64,000 nucleotides of DNA, taken from Eledone cirrhosa. Its lineage: Eukaryota. The position numbers were made by a program, and so were the translations under genes. The stretch is taken from positions 424,514,001 to 424,578,000 of the forward strand of contig OZ024740.1 in NCBI GenBank assembly GCA_964016885.1. The letters run 5' to 3'. This document shows positions 1-15,552 of this stretch, one piece after another (the stretch's first letter is position 1; every line of letters starts with the position of its first letter). The notes under the pieces were generated by a model. The model searched no databases. It had not been told where the DNA came from and was given only the letters and a program-made list of their open reading frames with translations.

Positions 1-88
1 GTTCCTTAGCACATTTCCTTCGTTATATATATATATATTATTTTTCGCTAATTCCAAAGCCGAAATACGATTCTCGTTAATTTATATT

Positions 89-89
<1 letters not shown>

Positions 90-177
<88 letters not shown>

Positions 178-196
178 ATATATATATATATATATA
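90..196. repeat. (TA)n microsatellite, representative of dozens of (TA)n tracts throughout the window
   Basis: Near-pure TA dinucleotide run. Similar tracts occur every few hundred bp (e.g. 410-550, 1020-1110, 20940-21480, 35070-35365, 56540-56660). Confidence 0.98.
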
Positions 197-407
197 ACGA
201 AGGAGTTGTGGTAAGGAACCAGATGGACCATAACGCACCAGAGTCCTCAATACTTAGGGTAGTAGTGTGGGTAATAGGAAAATGTATATCCCCGACGGCA
301 CCGACGGCAGAGCTCAAGCCGTTTCGACGGCTATTTCTGGACTAAAAGTAGTCCAGAAATAGCCGTCGAAACGGCTTGAGCTCTGCCGTCGGAGGTTATA
401 CATTTTC

Positions 408-409
<2 letters not shown>
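197..409. mobile_element. Family A short TA-flanked element with fold-back palindrome (putative PLE pLTR derivative)
   Basis: Recurs at 22010-22175, 32346-32505, 39494-39579, 48193-48240, 48429-48629, 54112-54234 and 56740-56788. Carries the HHR 3' half GAAA-cggc..gccg-TC. Palindrome centred at ~346. Confidence 0.75.
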
Positions 410-442
<33 letters not shown>

Positions 443-471
443 TAAATAAATATATATATATACATATATAA

Positions 472-559
<88 letters not shown>

Positions 560-658
560 ATATATATATATATATAAATAAATATATATATATAATACAT
601 ACACTACACACACACATATATATATATATGTATATATTTATATAAATAGTGTGTATTC

Positions 659-716
<58 letters not shown>

Positions 717-1013
717 CATACACTACATACACACACATATATATATATATATGTATATATTTATATAAATAGTGTGTATTCATATATATATATATATATA
801 ATACATACACTACATACACACATAAATTACTTCATATACCCTCCATATTTATCTATTTATATATAGATATATGAGTCGCATTTCTATATTAAGTTTGATA
901 AATATATACATATATATATACTATATATACTATATATGCTATATATACTGTACATACTATATATACTATACATACTATATATAATATACATAATATATAT
1001 ATATATATATATT

Positions 1014-1418
<405 letters not shown>

Positions 1419-1789
1419 TCTGTAATGTGTGTGTTTGTATACACACACAATTGAGTTTCAATACAAAGTTCTCCATAAAAAATTTCAGAAATTCACCAAA
1501 TCACCAGCCCCATACAGTTGCCATTCGACCTGCTGTATGCGTCAAACCAGTTATTACCATAAAAAAGCGGACATATTTGATACTGTAGTCCGTGCTACAT
1601 TCTCACTCACAAAAAGAGAGGGAGAGAAAAAAAGATTTATCATGGCTTTGAAAGGTTTGAGCTTGTTCAGTGCACAATAGACCGTCAACGATAGAAACAG
1701 CCACAAACAACAACACATGTGCATAGATACCGCTGTGGATATGGTAGACTGAACATATACTTACATGCATACACATGTAGGTATATACT

Positions 1790-2021
1790 TACTTTCATAC
1801 ATACATACATACAGTTACACACACATATACATACATACATACATACATACATACATACATACACTTACACACACATATACATACAGACATACATACATAC
1901 ACTTACACACATTTACATACAGACATACATACATACACTTACACACACATATACATACAGACATACATACATACACACACACATACATACATACGTACAT
2001 ACATATATACACACATACATA

Positions 2022-2081
<60 letters not shown>

Positions 2082-2144
2082 CCTCCTTGCATATATGTAT
2101 ATGTGTGTTTAAGAATATATGTATATTATGCATGCATATTTCTA

Positions 2145-2184
<40 letters not shown>

Positions 2185-2570
2185 CATGCTAGAAATATGC
2201 ATGCATAATATACATATATTCTTAAACACACACATACATATATGCAAGGAGGCATACATACACTCATTTTATACATGTACATACATGCATACATATATGC
2301 ATGTATACAAACAAATAAACTTATATACACAGGCATATGCATACATACACAATCACCTGCATGCAAGCACACGTACACACAAACATGCATACATACATAT
2401 ACACATACACATATACATATACATACATGTACACATACATACATGTACACATACATACGTTTACACATACACATATACACATACATGTACACATACATAC
2501 GTATACACATACACATATACACATACATACGTATACACATACACATATACACATACATGTAGACATACGT
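1790..2570. repeat. (CATA)n/(CA)n compound microsatellite region with a local inverted repeat (2070-2260)
   Basis: Directly visible. The segment gcctccttgcatatatgtat...aagaatatatg is mirrored around a TA tract. Confidence 0.85.
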
Positions 2571-2709
2571 TAAACGACGGATGTGACCGATATATCCAAC
2601 GAACCAGGAATCAACCGAAATAGCAGCCAAATATCCGTCAAGTGACAACTAACCTTATGTAAAAAAGAAAGATATTAAACAATATTGACGTGATGGTCAT
2701 GACTGGAAA

Positions 2710-3051
2710 CAGGGCCGGATTTAATGGGGGGGGGGGTGGGTAAAGGGAGAACATGCCTCGGGACCCCTGCAGTAGGGACCCCACCAACGAAGGCGGTAAC
2801 AATTTATTTGTGCCCTCAGCTGGTTAGGATGGTTAGACATTTTTTATTTAATACCTGTATAACCTTTCAGTACCAATTAGTTGCACCAAGCTAACTTTGA
2901 TATGTAAACTTGGTGGAGAGGGGGTCCTGTGTATTCTAATGTTTTGTGTATGAGGGGTACCCCAAACCTGAAGCCCCCACCTACCAAACCTGAAGCCCCC
3001 ACCCACCAAACCTGAAATACTCGGGCCCCCCAACGTCTAAATCCAATCCTG
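2710..3051. mobile_element. hAT-like MITE
   Basis: Imperfect TIRs CAGGGCCGGATTTA ... TAAATCCAATCCTG. Non-coding interior. Interrupts a dispersed repeat also seen at ~29990-30150. Confidence 0.6.
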
Positions 3052-3439
3052 GTTAGAAAGCCCTTTGATGTTCCTGTTAATGTGGGTCAGGGGTTAAACA
3101 TAACAGCTCCAACAGCAATAATCGATAGATCAATATACGTCAATTATATAGGTGTCACTTGACTGACGCTAATGTTAAATCACCAACACAATATCTCACA
3201 CTTGAGCAAATAAACACTCACGCAAACACACAATAGCATACACAGATACACACTCATATATATATATGTATATATATTACATTGACACATACATACACAC
3301 ATATATATCTCCACATATAAAACTCTGTAGAAATACATGGACATGTATATGGAAAGTTAGTTTGATGAGGTAAGTGTTAAGTTGATTATTGTCTGTTGCC
3401 TGTCTAAGCTGGATAATGTATACTACATATGTAGATATA

Positions 3440-3602
3440 ATTACAGAGACACACACACACTGACACACACACAGCCATACACTCACACACAGACATACAC
3501 AGGCACACACAGACAGACATACACTGACAGACAGACACACACACACAGACATACACAGACACACACAGACACACACAAACAGACATACACTGACAGACAC
3601 AC

Positions 3603-3650
<48 letters not shown>

Positions 3651-4893
3651 ATATACACTGACATACAGACACACACACACACAGACATACACTGACAGAC
3701 AGACACACACACACACACAAACAGACATACTCTGACAGACAGACACACACACACACACAGAGACACACACAAACAGATATACACTGACAGACAAACACAC
3801 ACATACAGACGTACACTGATACACACAGGCACACACACAATAAAATATACTACATATTTAGTTACATATAATTACATACACACACAGACATACACACAGA
3901 CACACACACACACCGACATACACAGACAGTTACACACACAGACATAGACAAACACACACACACAGACAGACACACATAGACACTCACAGACACACAGACA
4001 GACGCATATTCACATACATACAAACACACACATATACATACTCAAATACACAGACACATACTCACAATCAATACGGACACAGACACTCAGACAAACATAT
4101 ATACATACACACAGACACACAGACACATACTCCCGTACACAGACAGACACTCAGACAAACATATATACATACACACAGACACATACTCCCGTACACAGAC
4201 AGACACTCAGACAAACATATATACATACACACATACACATAGTCACGTACAGTGTCGCAATTATCGGTATGTATGTATATATGTATGTGTGTATGTACGT
4301 GTGTATGTATATATGTATGTATGTGTGTGTGTATGTATGTATATATGTATGTATATGTGTATGTATGTATATATGTATGTATGTATATATGTATGTATGT
4401 ATCTATATATGTATGTATATATGTATGTGTGTGTGTATGTATATATATGTATGTATGTATATTTGTGTGTGTATGTATGTATATATATATATGTATACAT
4501 GTATGTATGTATGTATGTGTGTGTGTATGTATGTATATATGTATGTATGTGTGTATGTATGTATATATGTATGTATGTATATATGTATGTATGTATCTAT
4601 ATATGTATGTATATATGTATGTGTGTGTGTATGTATATATATGTATGTATGTATATTTGTGTGTGTATGTATGTATATATATATATGTATACATGTATGT
4701 ATGTATGTATGTGTGTGTGTATGTATGTATATATGTATGTATGTGTGTATGTATGTATATATGTATGTATGTATATATGTATGTATGTATCTATATATGT
4801 ATGTATATATGTATGTATATATGTATGTGTGTATATGTATATATATGTATGTATGTATGTATATATGTATGTGTATGTATGGATATATGTATG

Positions 4894-4928
<35 letters not shown>

Positions 4929-5045
4929 ACATGTATGTATGTATGTATGTATGTATGTGTGTGTGTATGCATGTATATATGTATGTATGTATGTATATAT
5001 GTGTGTGTATGTATATATGTGTGTGTATGTATGTATGTATGGGTA
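3440..5045. repeat. (CA/CAGA)n and (TATG)n compound microsatellites
   Basis: Directly visible simple repeats. Confidence 0.95.
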
Positions 5046-5100
5046 TAATTCCATTCATGTTCTTTTAATTCATAGACATAAGTAAAACAATGCATTATTA

Positions 5101-5149
<49 letters not shown>

Positions 5150-5316
5150 CATTATATATATATATATATAATGTATATACATATATATATATATGATGCA
5201 TATATATATATATATTATGAGTATATATATACTTATGTATATATAATATATATATATTATGTATATATATATATATATTGTATATGTATGTATATATATA
5301 TATATATATATGTGTA

Positions 5317-5547
<231 letters not shown>

Positions 5548-5867
5548 GTATGTATATTTATATAAACGTGTATAACAATATACATGTATATATATTTATA
5601 TATATTCTTCTTCTTCAGGAGGGCCATGCTGGGAATAAGAACACACACACCAGCTGAGTCCCAGTATTACTCAGGTAAATAAGATCTTTCGTTACACACT
5701 TTGAGACCTCCTCACTATATAACACTCTCTTTACATTTTATTCCAGTTAAACTACCTTGTCTTTCTGTGGCGTACCTTTCTCTGCCATTTATATCACAGC
5801 AGGAAGACCCAGTCTTATTTGTGGTTTCAAAGCTGTTTGAAAAACAAAAAAATATAAAATAAGATAA

Positions 5868-5907
<40 letters not shown>

Positions 5908-5972
5908 ATATATATATGTATGTATTTGATCATATATATATATATGATTATGTATATACGTATGTGTATGTA

Positions 5973-6033
<61 letters not shown>

Positions 6034-6316
6034 AAGGTATATATCACTATATACGTATATATGTGTAAACATATGTATATATATTTATGTATATATATAT
6101 ATATAATAAAGGTATATATATGTATATACGTATATATGTATATACATATGTATGTGTATTTATGTATATATATATATATATATTTATATATAAAGGTATA
6201 TCTATGTGTATATATATATATAGAATATTTATATTTTCACGTATAAATTAAAATGCACATACAGACGTACATACAAACGCATATGTAAATATATATATAT
6301 ATATATATATATATAA

Positions 6317-6368
<52 letters not shown>

Positions 6369-6672
6369 TGTATATATATATATACACTGTAAATATACAC
6401 AGGTATGTAAGCATACATATGTGTATGTATATATCTATAATGTATGTATCTATTATGTATGTATGTATAATATACATAAGTATATATATAGGTAAAATTA
6501 AATATATATTATACACTCATATAACTTATATGTATGTATACAGATATATTCATATATATATATATATATAAAATGTATTATACATATATATATATATAAT
6601 ATGTATTATATATATATATATATGTATATATAATATGCATTATATATATATGTATATAAATTGTATTATATA

Positions 6673-6780
<108 letters not shown>

Positions 6781-6807
6781 GTATGTATTACATATATATA
6801 TACACAT

Positions 6808-6914
<107 letters not shown>

Positions 6915-6996
6915 GTATATATATATATATATATAATTAGACATATATATATTTTTACGATTATAATTATTCAAAGTTATCAAAGTTTCTTATATT

Positions 6997-7058
<62 letters not shown>

Positions 7059-7179
7059 TGTATGTACATGTATATGTATATATACAGATGTATATGTATA
7101 TATGTATGTGTATATATATAGTGTGCCTCCAATTAGAATGCCGTTGAAGTTTGTATACATCTTTTGGGACACCCTGTAT

Positions 7180-7238
<59 letters not shown>

Positions 7239-7244
7239 CATACG

Positions 7245-7455
7245 TTAAGGGTGAATGCAGCGATTCTTTGCTTAAACTTTAATCTGTTAATTTAATATAT
7301 ATATATATATATATATATATTAATAATATATTTGAAAACTAAAATCCAAAGAGTGCTCGATAAGGATAAATATATATCAAATATATAAGAACCCTAGAGC
7401 AAATATATATATACACCGATTCTTTGCTTAAACTTTAATCTGTTATTTTAATAAT
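7245..7455. mobile_element. Family C short TA-flanked element (HHR-like, CAGAAGA core in fuller copies)
   Basis: gttaagggtgaaagcagcgattctttgcttaaactttaatctg recurs at 39670-39845, 46862-47073 and 60813-60882. Confidence 0.75.
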
Positions 7456-7501
7456 TAATATATATATATATATCTCAAATTGATCTCAAATTGATCTCTA
7501 G

Positions 7502-7534
<33 letters not shown>

Positions 7535-7579
7535 TGTATGTATGTATGTATGTATGTATGTATGTATGTATGTATGTAT

Positions 7580-7943
7580 GAAGGAAAACTGATATAACAC
7601 CTGCAACCCTGATGGTATCCAATGATGTTGACTTGTTCTTCTTTTTGGTAAATATCATCTTGGTTAAGAGAGTGGGACTGGCTTTATGCAGTGCCTTTGC
7701 TCACTATGAAAGCTTCACGGCACAGGCATTGCTTTATATCTGGAGATCTCTCTGCACTTGTCGTCACATGGTACCATGGGCCCAGCACTATGTGTCAATA
7801 ATTGTCACAAGTGTAGTGTTTGTACCAGAGTTTTCAAGTCGCTGGCTGGACTAAAAATCCACACTCGTTCAGTGCATCAGTAGGGGTTCTCCTACATGGA
7901 TATAAAGTAGTGGCCGTACTCGAAAACGAGTTGGCAGCCACCA
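7580..7943 (+). mobile_element. 5'-truncated copy of a ~600-bp non-autonomous retroposon (RTE-related SINE-like)
   Basis: Near-identical to 17810-18174. Ends in gagttggcagccacc followed by (ATGT)n. Confidence 0.7.
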
Positions 7944-8436
7944 TGTATGTATGTATGTATGTATGTATGTATGTATGTATGTATGTATGTATGTATGTAT
8001 GTATGTATGTATGTATGTATGTATATATGTATGTTCTTCTGGTTTTATAATTTTTACCAATAGCGAGAGAGTCGGTTTCTAACATAGACACAAGACTCTC
8101 TCATTGGAATTTACACAACATCAACTGGGTAGATATGTATGTATGTCTGCATGCATGTGTATGTGTGCAGGTATGGATGTTACTGTATGTGTGGTTGTGT
8201 ATGTTTTGAGTTGTATGTGTGCATGTGCATATGCTTTATATCTGTACATGTGTATATGCAGTTATTAGATGCAAAATTTTTGGAATGTTTTACATATTTT
8301 TACTGTTCCACTAATGGATTGTACTTGTATGTATGTATGTATGTATGTATGTATGTATGTATGTATGTATGTATGTATGTATGTATGTATGTATGTATGT
8401 ATGTGTATATATATATATATACATATACACATATAC

Positions 8437-8468
<32 letters not shown>

Positions 8469-8475
8469 GTATATG

Positions 8476-8520
<45 letters not shown>

Positions 8521-8542
8521 CTCTATATATATATATATATAT

Positions 8543-8647
<105 letters not shown>

Positions 8648-8696
8648 AAGAGTGAAGAATAAGATGGTCGGCTGTACAAAAATGGTTTTATTTCAA

Positions 8697-8807
8697 GTAT
8701 TAACAATTGCTTCATTGATCAGGTGAGTCTAAACGCCGCTAATCACTCGAAGTTGCGTCACTCAACCTTAAATACAGTGTGTGTCTCTGATCAAATCATC
8801 GGAATAC
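8697..8807 (-). ncRNA. Hammerhead-like motif with long stem II insert (family F, element ~8643-8830)
   Basis: Minus strand reads gtatt-CCGATGA-tttgatcag..ctgatcaat-GAAG-caattg-TT-aatac. Stem I is gtatt/aatac, stem III is palindromic, and the core has two deviations. Confidence 0.5.
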
Positions 8808-8826
8808 TGTATACCATTAATGACTG

Positions 8827-8889
<63 letters not shown>

Positions 8890-8892
<3 letters not shown>

Positions 8893-9247
8893 GAAAGTGA
8901 GGGTTTTTTTACAAATTGAAAAATAACAGAGGTGTCCTACACGAGTGAAAGTATAAAGAAAAAGAGAAAAATCGAAAATGCAACTGGAGTCTTATTTAAA
9001 AAAATATATATATATATTTATTTGGTTCCTTTACCGGTTTCGCAGTTCTTCTGCTTTTCAAAAGTAGAGTTGAGATGGAGGGTATGTGGTTTTTCTCACA
9101 TCTGATGTGAGAAAAACCACAGACCCTCCATCTCAACTCTACTTTTGAAAAGCAGAAGAACTGCGAAACCGGTAAAGGAACCAAATAAATATATATATTT
9201 TTTAAAAAAATAAGACTCCACTTGCATTTTCGATTTCATCTCTTTTT

Positions 9248-9252
<5 letters not shown>
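8890..9252. mobile_element. Family G element forming a ~300-bp near-perfect palindrome (centre ~9103)
   Basis: 8954-9100 is the reverse complement of 9105-9252. Family recurs at 20684-20865 and at 56990-57070 (3' end of the Neptune-type PLE). HHR-like CAGAAGA-actgc-GAAA-ccgg-TA at 9153-9174. Confidence 0.8.
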
Positions 9253-9299
<47 letters not shown>

Positions 9300-9349
9300 A
9301 CTGTTGCCGTTCGAAAGCGTGAGTACAATTGTAGCTGTTAGTGTGTTGT

Positions 9350-10330
9350 AATGTTTACCCCCTGCTCCTTGGTAACCATATAGTGAACCCAATATCATAG
9401 TTAATGGAACCAGCCTTGGAGTAGTAGATAAATTTTCTACTTGAGTAGCACTCTCAAACGATGGCTCCTTGGATGCTGAAATACATCTGCGCATCCAGAA
9501 GGACTTTGTTGCCCTCGGAAAATTGGAAAAGAGAGTTTGGACAAATGGTAACATTACCAACAAAACCAAGGTGTGTGTGTATAGATCCTATTTTGTGTCT
9601 GCTCTTTTATACTCCGGCGAAACCTGGGCACTATTCCGTAAACACACCAAATTGCTTGAGCGTTTTCAGCAGAAATGTTTAAGGCGCATATCCAACATCA
9701 AGTGGCAAAACAGAACTCCTGACGTCCATGTCCTTATCAAAGCAGAATGTCCAAGCATTGAATCCCAAGTAACATCTTCTCAAATGCGCTGGACAGATCT
9801 TATTGTCCGCATGAAAGAAAGTAGGATCCCGAAGCAACTGTTTTACGGTGAGTTCCATCTTGAAAAAAGACCTCAACACAAACCGAAAATGAGGTTCAGG
9901 GAAAGCATCAAGAACAATCTCAAAGAGCTGGTATTTGATATAGACAACTGGGAGGTGATAAAGGACAGCTGTAAAACTCTTGAGGAAGATCTGTGCTCAC
10001 AGTCTTGATGAAGTTATCAGTAGTTGGATATGCAATTTCTGTCAGCTTGTACTCCTCTCAAAAGCTGGTTATGTAAGTCACATGAAAGAATAACCACCTG
10101 CAACACCACTCAACAAAGACATGGTGAAACAACGTGATATGAAACACAGTGTGTAGAACTAGTTTCGGACTAAAAAAACACATGGTGGTACATAAAGATT
10201 GTGTCCCACAGGGTGACACCACCGATCCTGTGGAAAGCACAACTCTCTTCTGTCACCTGTGTTATAAACCATGCAGATCTACAAAGTCAGCTATGAAGTC
10301 ATGGATGCAGGTAGGATGATAACGAAGAAT
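9350..10330 (+). mobile_element. RTE-clade (BovB-like) LINE 3' fragment, degenerate
   Basis: ORF 9469-10008 has RTE C-terminal motifs (TKVCVY..ALLYSGETW..LERFQQKCLRRI..IKWQ, RMKESRIPKQLFYGE). Upstream LGVVDKFST*V..LSNDGSLD is disrupted. Downstream C2H2-like remnants. Confidence 0.9.
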
Positions 10331-10466
10331 CAATAAGAGACGGCAATCGTCTGTAAAGACGCTGCAATCCTCATGTCTATGTATGATAATACGTTTTTAT
10401 AACTCATGTTATTTTGTATTGTAAGTGGATTTCTGCCTTTGTCTGTCGCAACATGTGTTTGTATGT

Positions 10467-10501
<35 letters not shown>

Positions 10502-10514
10502 TTATAGATATATA

Positions 10515-10660
10515 ATTATTATAAAATAACAGGAGGCTGGACTGGTGTAATTCCTTAAAAGGTTTATTATACTATGATCATTTCAATGATCGGGTTCGGT
10601 ATGAATCCGGTGACATCATCAGGTATTCGAATTATAACAAAGGAATATAATAGACACAAT
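10515..10660 (-). mobile_element. Family E hammerhead element (minus-strand copy)
   Basis: Reverse complement of 53175-53305, including ctgatga...gaaatgatcatagtat. Confidence 0.75.
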
Positions 10661-10934
10661 CCATGGGGTTGAAAATCAGAGACATGAGGGCGACCGAACA
10701 TTTACAACTTCTACCCCGGTCGGTCGCCCCCAAGTGCCCTCAAGTGCCCTATGAAGTCCCTAACTGGTCCCTTAAGAATAGATATAATTCCGAAATATAT
10801 CGGGAGTAATAACTATGACAGATTTGATATCCAGATTCTCTCGTTTCTTTCCATTCCACCAGCCATTCTTACTTGTCGGCTTCATTAACCTGCATTATTA
10901 CCTGAATATTTATAACACCATTTCCATTGCATAT

Positions 10935-10987
<53 letters not shown>

Positions 10988-11023
10988 TCGTACATAATAT
11001 ATCTCTCTCTCTCTCTCTGTATG

Positions 11024-11161
<138 letters not shown>

Positions 11162-11601
11162 TTGTGTGTGTGCGTACGTGTGTGTATATGCACATATATA
11201 TATATATTGTCATATTTGGGGATGGTCGGGTTGTCAGTTTTGTCAATATAAACACATGTAATATATGACTTTTCTTTCCAGCTTTATTAGTATTAGTTAT
11301 TGAAAAAAGAGGAGGCACAGAGGAGTAGAACAAATAGTCATTGAGGTGGTTACACAATGTGTGACGAAATAACTTTAACGTACTAATCAATAACCGATAA
11401 TAATAAATAATGATAAAGCTGAAGTGAATGTCAAAGAGTGCGTGTGATTTTATTGGTAAAATTGGCAACAAGACTATCAACAAATATAAGAATATTTGTT
11501 TCAACACACGATTTCACGCACACACACACACACACACACACACCACACACACACACCCACACCCACACACCCACACCCACACCCACACCCACACACACAC
11601 A

Positions 11602-11680
<79 letters not shown>

Positions 11681-11848
11681 GTTTATCCTGAGTTCAATCG
11701 GGGGTAACCACAGTAAGTAAGATACTTAATACATAGCAGTGTATAAATATTTAATATAGAAATGTCTTCTACGGGACTAAAACTGTTTCATGCGGGAGAA
11801 ATCCTAATGATTTCTCCTGAATGAAACAGTTCTAGTCTTGTACAAGCC

Positions 11849-11902
<54 letters not shown>

Positions 11903-11904
11903 GA

Positions 11905-12173
11905 TACTATCCGGGAGCTTCCAACAGCAATCGTTGCATTAAGGGTATGTCAATATTTATTTATAAAACTGATCTATATTATATTTTATCTGATGAAAGC
12001 ACACTATAATTTAACTTGGTGTCCTTGAAATATATATAATGAAATAAATATGGTTTTATAAATATAGTTTCCATTTGTTAATATCGTATTTTTACTCCAA
12101 ATATTTGTTGAGTGCTTTATATCAGTTATAAAAATATTTGCTTGTTGTATCCCAACAATTTAAATAGAACTTT

Positions 12174-12175
<2 letters not shown>
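11905..12175 (+). mobile_element. Family D hammerhead element
   Basis: tattttat-CTGATGA(11990)-aagc..ctt-GAAA-tatata-TA-atgaaata. Family recurs at 34720-35000, 36180-36265, 51655-51800, 52226-52480 and 55560-55828. Confidence 0.8.
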
Positions 12176-12237
<62 letters not shown>

Positions 12238-12272
12238 TACACACACACACATATATATATGTGTGTGTGTAT

Positions 12273-12320
<48 letters not shown>

Positions 12321-12366
12321 ACACACACACACATATATATCAATAGCCGAAATACGATTCTCGCTA

Positions 12367-12449
<83 letters not shown>

Positions 12450-12454
12450 TGTAT

Positions 12455-12486
<32 letters not shown>

Positions 12487-12494
12487 TTATAAAT

Positions 12495-12690
12495 ATCGCC
12501 ACTCGATCGACCTTCGTCAATTGTTTCCGTTGGTCTTTCCAATTGCTAATACTATCTATCGGTCGGTAATCCAGGTAGAAGGAGCAACGGGAAATAGTGT
12601 CATGCCCAAGGACATAACGCATTTCCCGGTCCAGGAATCGGAATCACAACCTCATGATTGCAAATCCAATTCTCTAACCACTCAGCCACA
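12495..12690 (-). mobile_element. tRNA-derived SINE, family 2
   Basis: Minus strand has A-box tggctgagtggttag, degenerate B-box attccgattcc, then ttatgtccttgggcatgacac. Homologous copy at 48995-49160 (+). Confidence 0.7.
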
Positions 12691-13019
12691 TATACATATA
12701 TGTATATATAGACATACATTGTACATAGTGGGAGCTAACGTGTCCGAGTACGGCCATTTCTTATAAAACAACACAATAAAATATAAACCAGACATTGACC
12801 AAAAGCTGTTGCTGTCGTTAAAGCCGACTTATATCGTTCATGAAACTAGGAAGTCACATGTCATAGCAAACAGTATGTAAGTAAGTTTCTCACCTGCTTG
12901 AATTTTATGAAGTGGCCTGCTTTGTGGTGCCGTGTTAGCCCCCCCCCCCCCCCCTGCAGAGTAACACACTTTGGTACAGATGCCATATGTATAATCAAGG
13001 TCTACGGGGTACCCAAAGA

Positions 13020-13360
13020 TGTAATTTCCATGAATATGATGTCTGGTATGGCCTCGTAGTCCTTCTTTTGAGGTTCATACACGTCCATATCCCGCACAGG
13101 TATGGGTCTGTTTCAAACCCCATTCTAGGAGCAGACATCTGCCATATATTTAATTACTTGCTTCACTCCAGCATAAGCCTCTGCTTTTTCTCCAAGTCGT
13201 TAACTCCAGTAGGAATCAGATTTCACTACTGGGCTTTGTCTGTTGCAAGATTTCCCCATGTTTCGGTGTTGACCTTCTTGAGGTTATCTTACAGGCAGAC
13301 CTTATAGCATGTGTATGGCTTGCACTGCAGGGGTTTCTCTTGGTGCAGCTCCCCATTCAA
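13020..13360 (-). mobile_element. Degenerate RTE LINE 3' fragment
   Basis: Hand translation QCKPYTCYKVCL*DNLKKVNTETWGNLATDK and a zinc-finger remnant (TCAGYGRV..SKEGLRGHTRHH) parallel the end of the 9469 ORF. Confidence 0.6.
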
Positions 13361-13378
13361 TACATACATACTTGCACA

Positions 13379-13416
<38 letters not shown>

Positions 13417-13760
13417 TATATATATATATATATATATAGATGAGATTCTACAGGACTAGAACTGTTTCATTCTTTAGAAATCATCAGGAATCTGGGTATC
13501 AAAAAATAAGTATGGTATTTATAGGTCTCTTCAGGTGGTAGGAGAGGGTAGGGAGTGGGATGGGTGTAGGTCATTGGTTGATAGAAAAGGGAATTCATTA
13601 AAAGCTAATTCTTCAAAGCTATAGTTTATTTTTAGAGTAACAAAGGCAGAAAGAATTCTCTCAACAAGTTCAGGATGGGGTGCCACTCCTTATTTTTAAG
13701 TTTCTCTTAAGCTAACAGGTGTCTATAAGATCATTGGGGGTCAGTCAAACCCGGAATAAC

Positions 13761-13816
<56 letters not shown>

Positions 13817-13860
13817 AATAAAAAAGAACAGAAAGATGCAGTAAAATAGATTTATTCGGT

Positions 13861-13975
13861 TCTTACGTACGTTTCAATAGACATCAATTTGCCTAGATCT
13901 CGCTGCATCTATAATATTATATAGTTAGTAGAGCATTCGACATCCAATGCACAATCGATTCCATATCACCAGAGA
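13861..13975 (-). ncRNA. Hammerhead-like motif in PLE 3' terminus
   Basis: Minus strand reads tct-CTGGTGA-(~90 nt)-GAAA-cgtacg-TA-aga, with a palindromic stem III and one core substitution. Confidence 0.55.
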
Positions 13976-14196
13976 TTATGTTTACCGTACCAGAATGTTC
14001 AGGTTTTTATAGGAATTCATGTGAAGTTGAAGTAGAGAAGAAGGAGGATGTGACAAAGACGAGAGAGGTAGGGGGGTTTTTCATGGTTGTTGAGGTAAAA
14101 CAGAGGGGAGGATAAAATACGATAATGAAGTCTAGATATGGACTAGTCCAACTGTGTGTGTGCTAGGGAGATGGTCGACGTTGATAGGTTTATGAT

Positions 14197-15441
14197 CTAT
14201 GATAGATGGAGGCAGGGGAGATTAGGCCGAGTGACTTGTAAAGTATGTAGGAGGAGATGTTGAATAGGGGAGATGTGGTCAATAGAAGGCATAGCAATAA
14301 TCCATGGGGACAGATAGAGGAGGTAGAAGGAAGATAGAGGAAAGCAGAAGTCGCAGGAACAAATCAAGCCAGGTTTGTATTTCGAGAACGTAGCCTTGAG
14401 TCTGTGATTGCAATATAGAGTCCTTTCGGTTCTGTTGTTGAGAAGAGTATAATTCGATTTTAGTATGTAAAATAGCTCCATATTGCATAATCGGCAGTAA
14501 GGCTGGCCTGCACGATATGCGGAAGCACTAGAGAGTTTTGTCCATTTCAAAGTGTATTGCAGGTTACTTTCGCGCAACTGCCAAATTTTATTGGCTAAGG
14601 TAGTTACGGAACGGTATTTGATGTTCTTCATCGAACTACGGTGTTGGTACCAACGAGATTTAAAAGTGGTAGAGGTACAGCCGATATAGTGCCATCTCCG
14701 GTTATCCGATTCAACGGTGCATTGATACACCATATTGGATTCCATGCATTTGTTATTCAGAGGGCAACGATCAGGTAGGTTGCAGTTGCACTTATCAGCT
14801 CTTGTAGTATTATTATCTTGTACAGGTTGCGTTAGGTTTATATGTGTGTCTGCTGCAGGAGGGTTTACATTCAGTGGTTGAGAGTTTGAGGAAGTGTTAA
14901 TGTAGTTTGGGGTGCTTCGTGTGGATGTGCTGACTAATCGTTTGGAGTTAATAATTAGATCGAGATTGGGTGCTGTAGAATATGAAAGCTTAATGGACCT
15001 TAGATTTAGTATTTTAGCGTATCGATGTGCAGGAGGAAAATGTGTTTTGATTAAATTGAAAAAAAGTGAAGAAATTTTAGGAGATGTTGAGGCATTGTAT
15101 ATTGGGTTGTACCAAAGGTAGCTACGATTCCGCTTTCTAGCTAGGTTGGGTTGTGTGCTTCTATTTCGACCATGCCTGTGCGGAAAGTGTATGTTGTGTA
15201 TCGTACCTATATTATTGTTTATGCTAGTGCGTTGTGAGCCCTTATTTCTATATTGGTGTGCTGGATCTATGTACTCTATTTTGTCTTGGTATCCAGCCGC
15301 CTTAAGCGCGTTGTTATAGTAGTAAGCGTGCTCACTAAAGACCTGGGGGGTAGATGACAGGCGTGATATTCTAAGGGAGATGGCCCGAGGGATAGACCGT
15401 ATAACCGAGGGTGGATGATTAGATTTATGGTCAACATACAT
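14197..15441 (-). pseudogene. PLE RT thumb + GIY-YIG endonuclease ORF (partial)
   Basis: YVDHKSNHPPSVIRSIP thumb, KCNCx5CPLNNKC linker, VYQC..YIGCTSTTFKSRWYQH GIY-YIG, CRLCNME and LLNNRTE..CNHR. Confidence 0.9.
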
Positions 15442-15552
15442 AATATTTTCATTAGATTTATGGAATGGGCGGATTTACCCCGTCTCTAGATTAAATGTTA
15501 CATCCAAGAAATTTGTTTCAGTCAGGTTGTACTCAAAAGTAATGCTAAAACC

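Noticed and set aside
7612-7854. Duplicated 80-aa ORF (also 17844-18086)
   Set aside because: No recognisable motifs. Duplicated only because it lies in a repeat.
14197-15441. Selenoprotein (UGA-recoded) Naiad ORF
   Set aside because: Conserved Cys positions are ordinary Cys codons in this copy. The one upstream stop is TAA.
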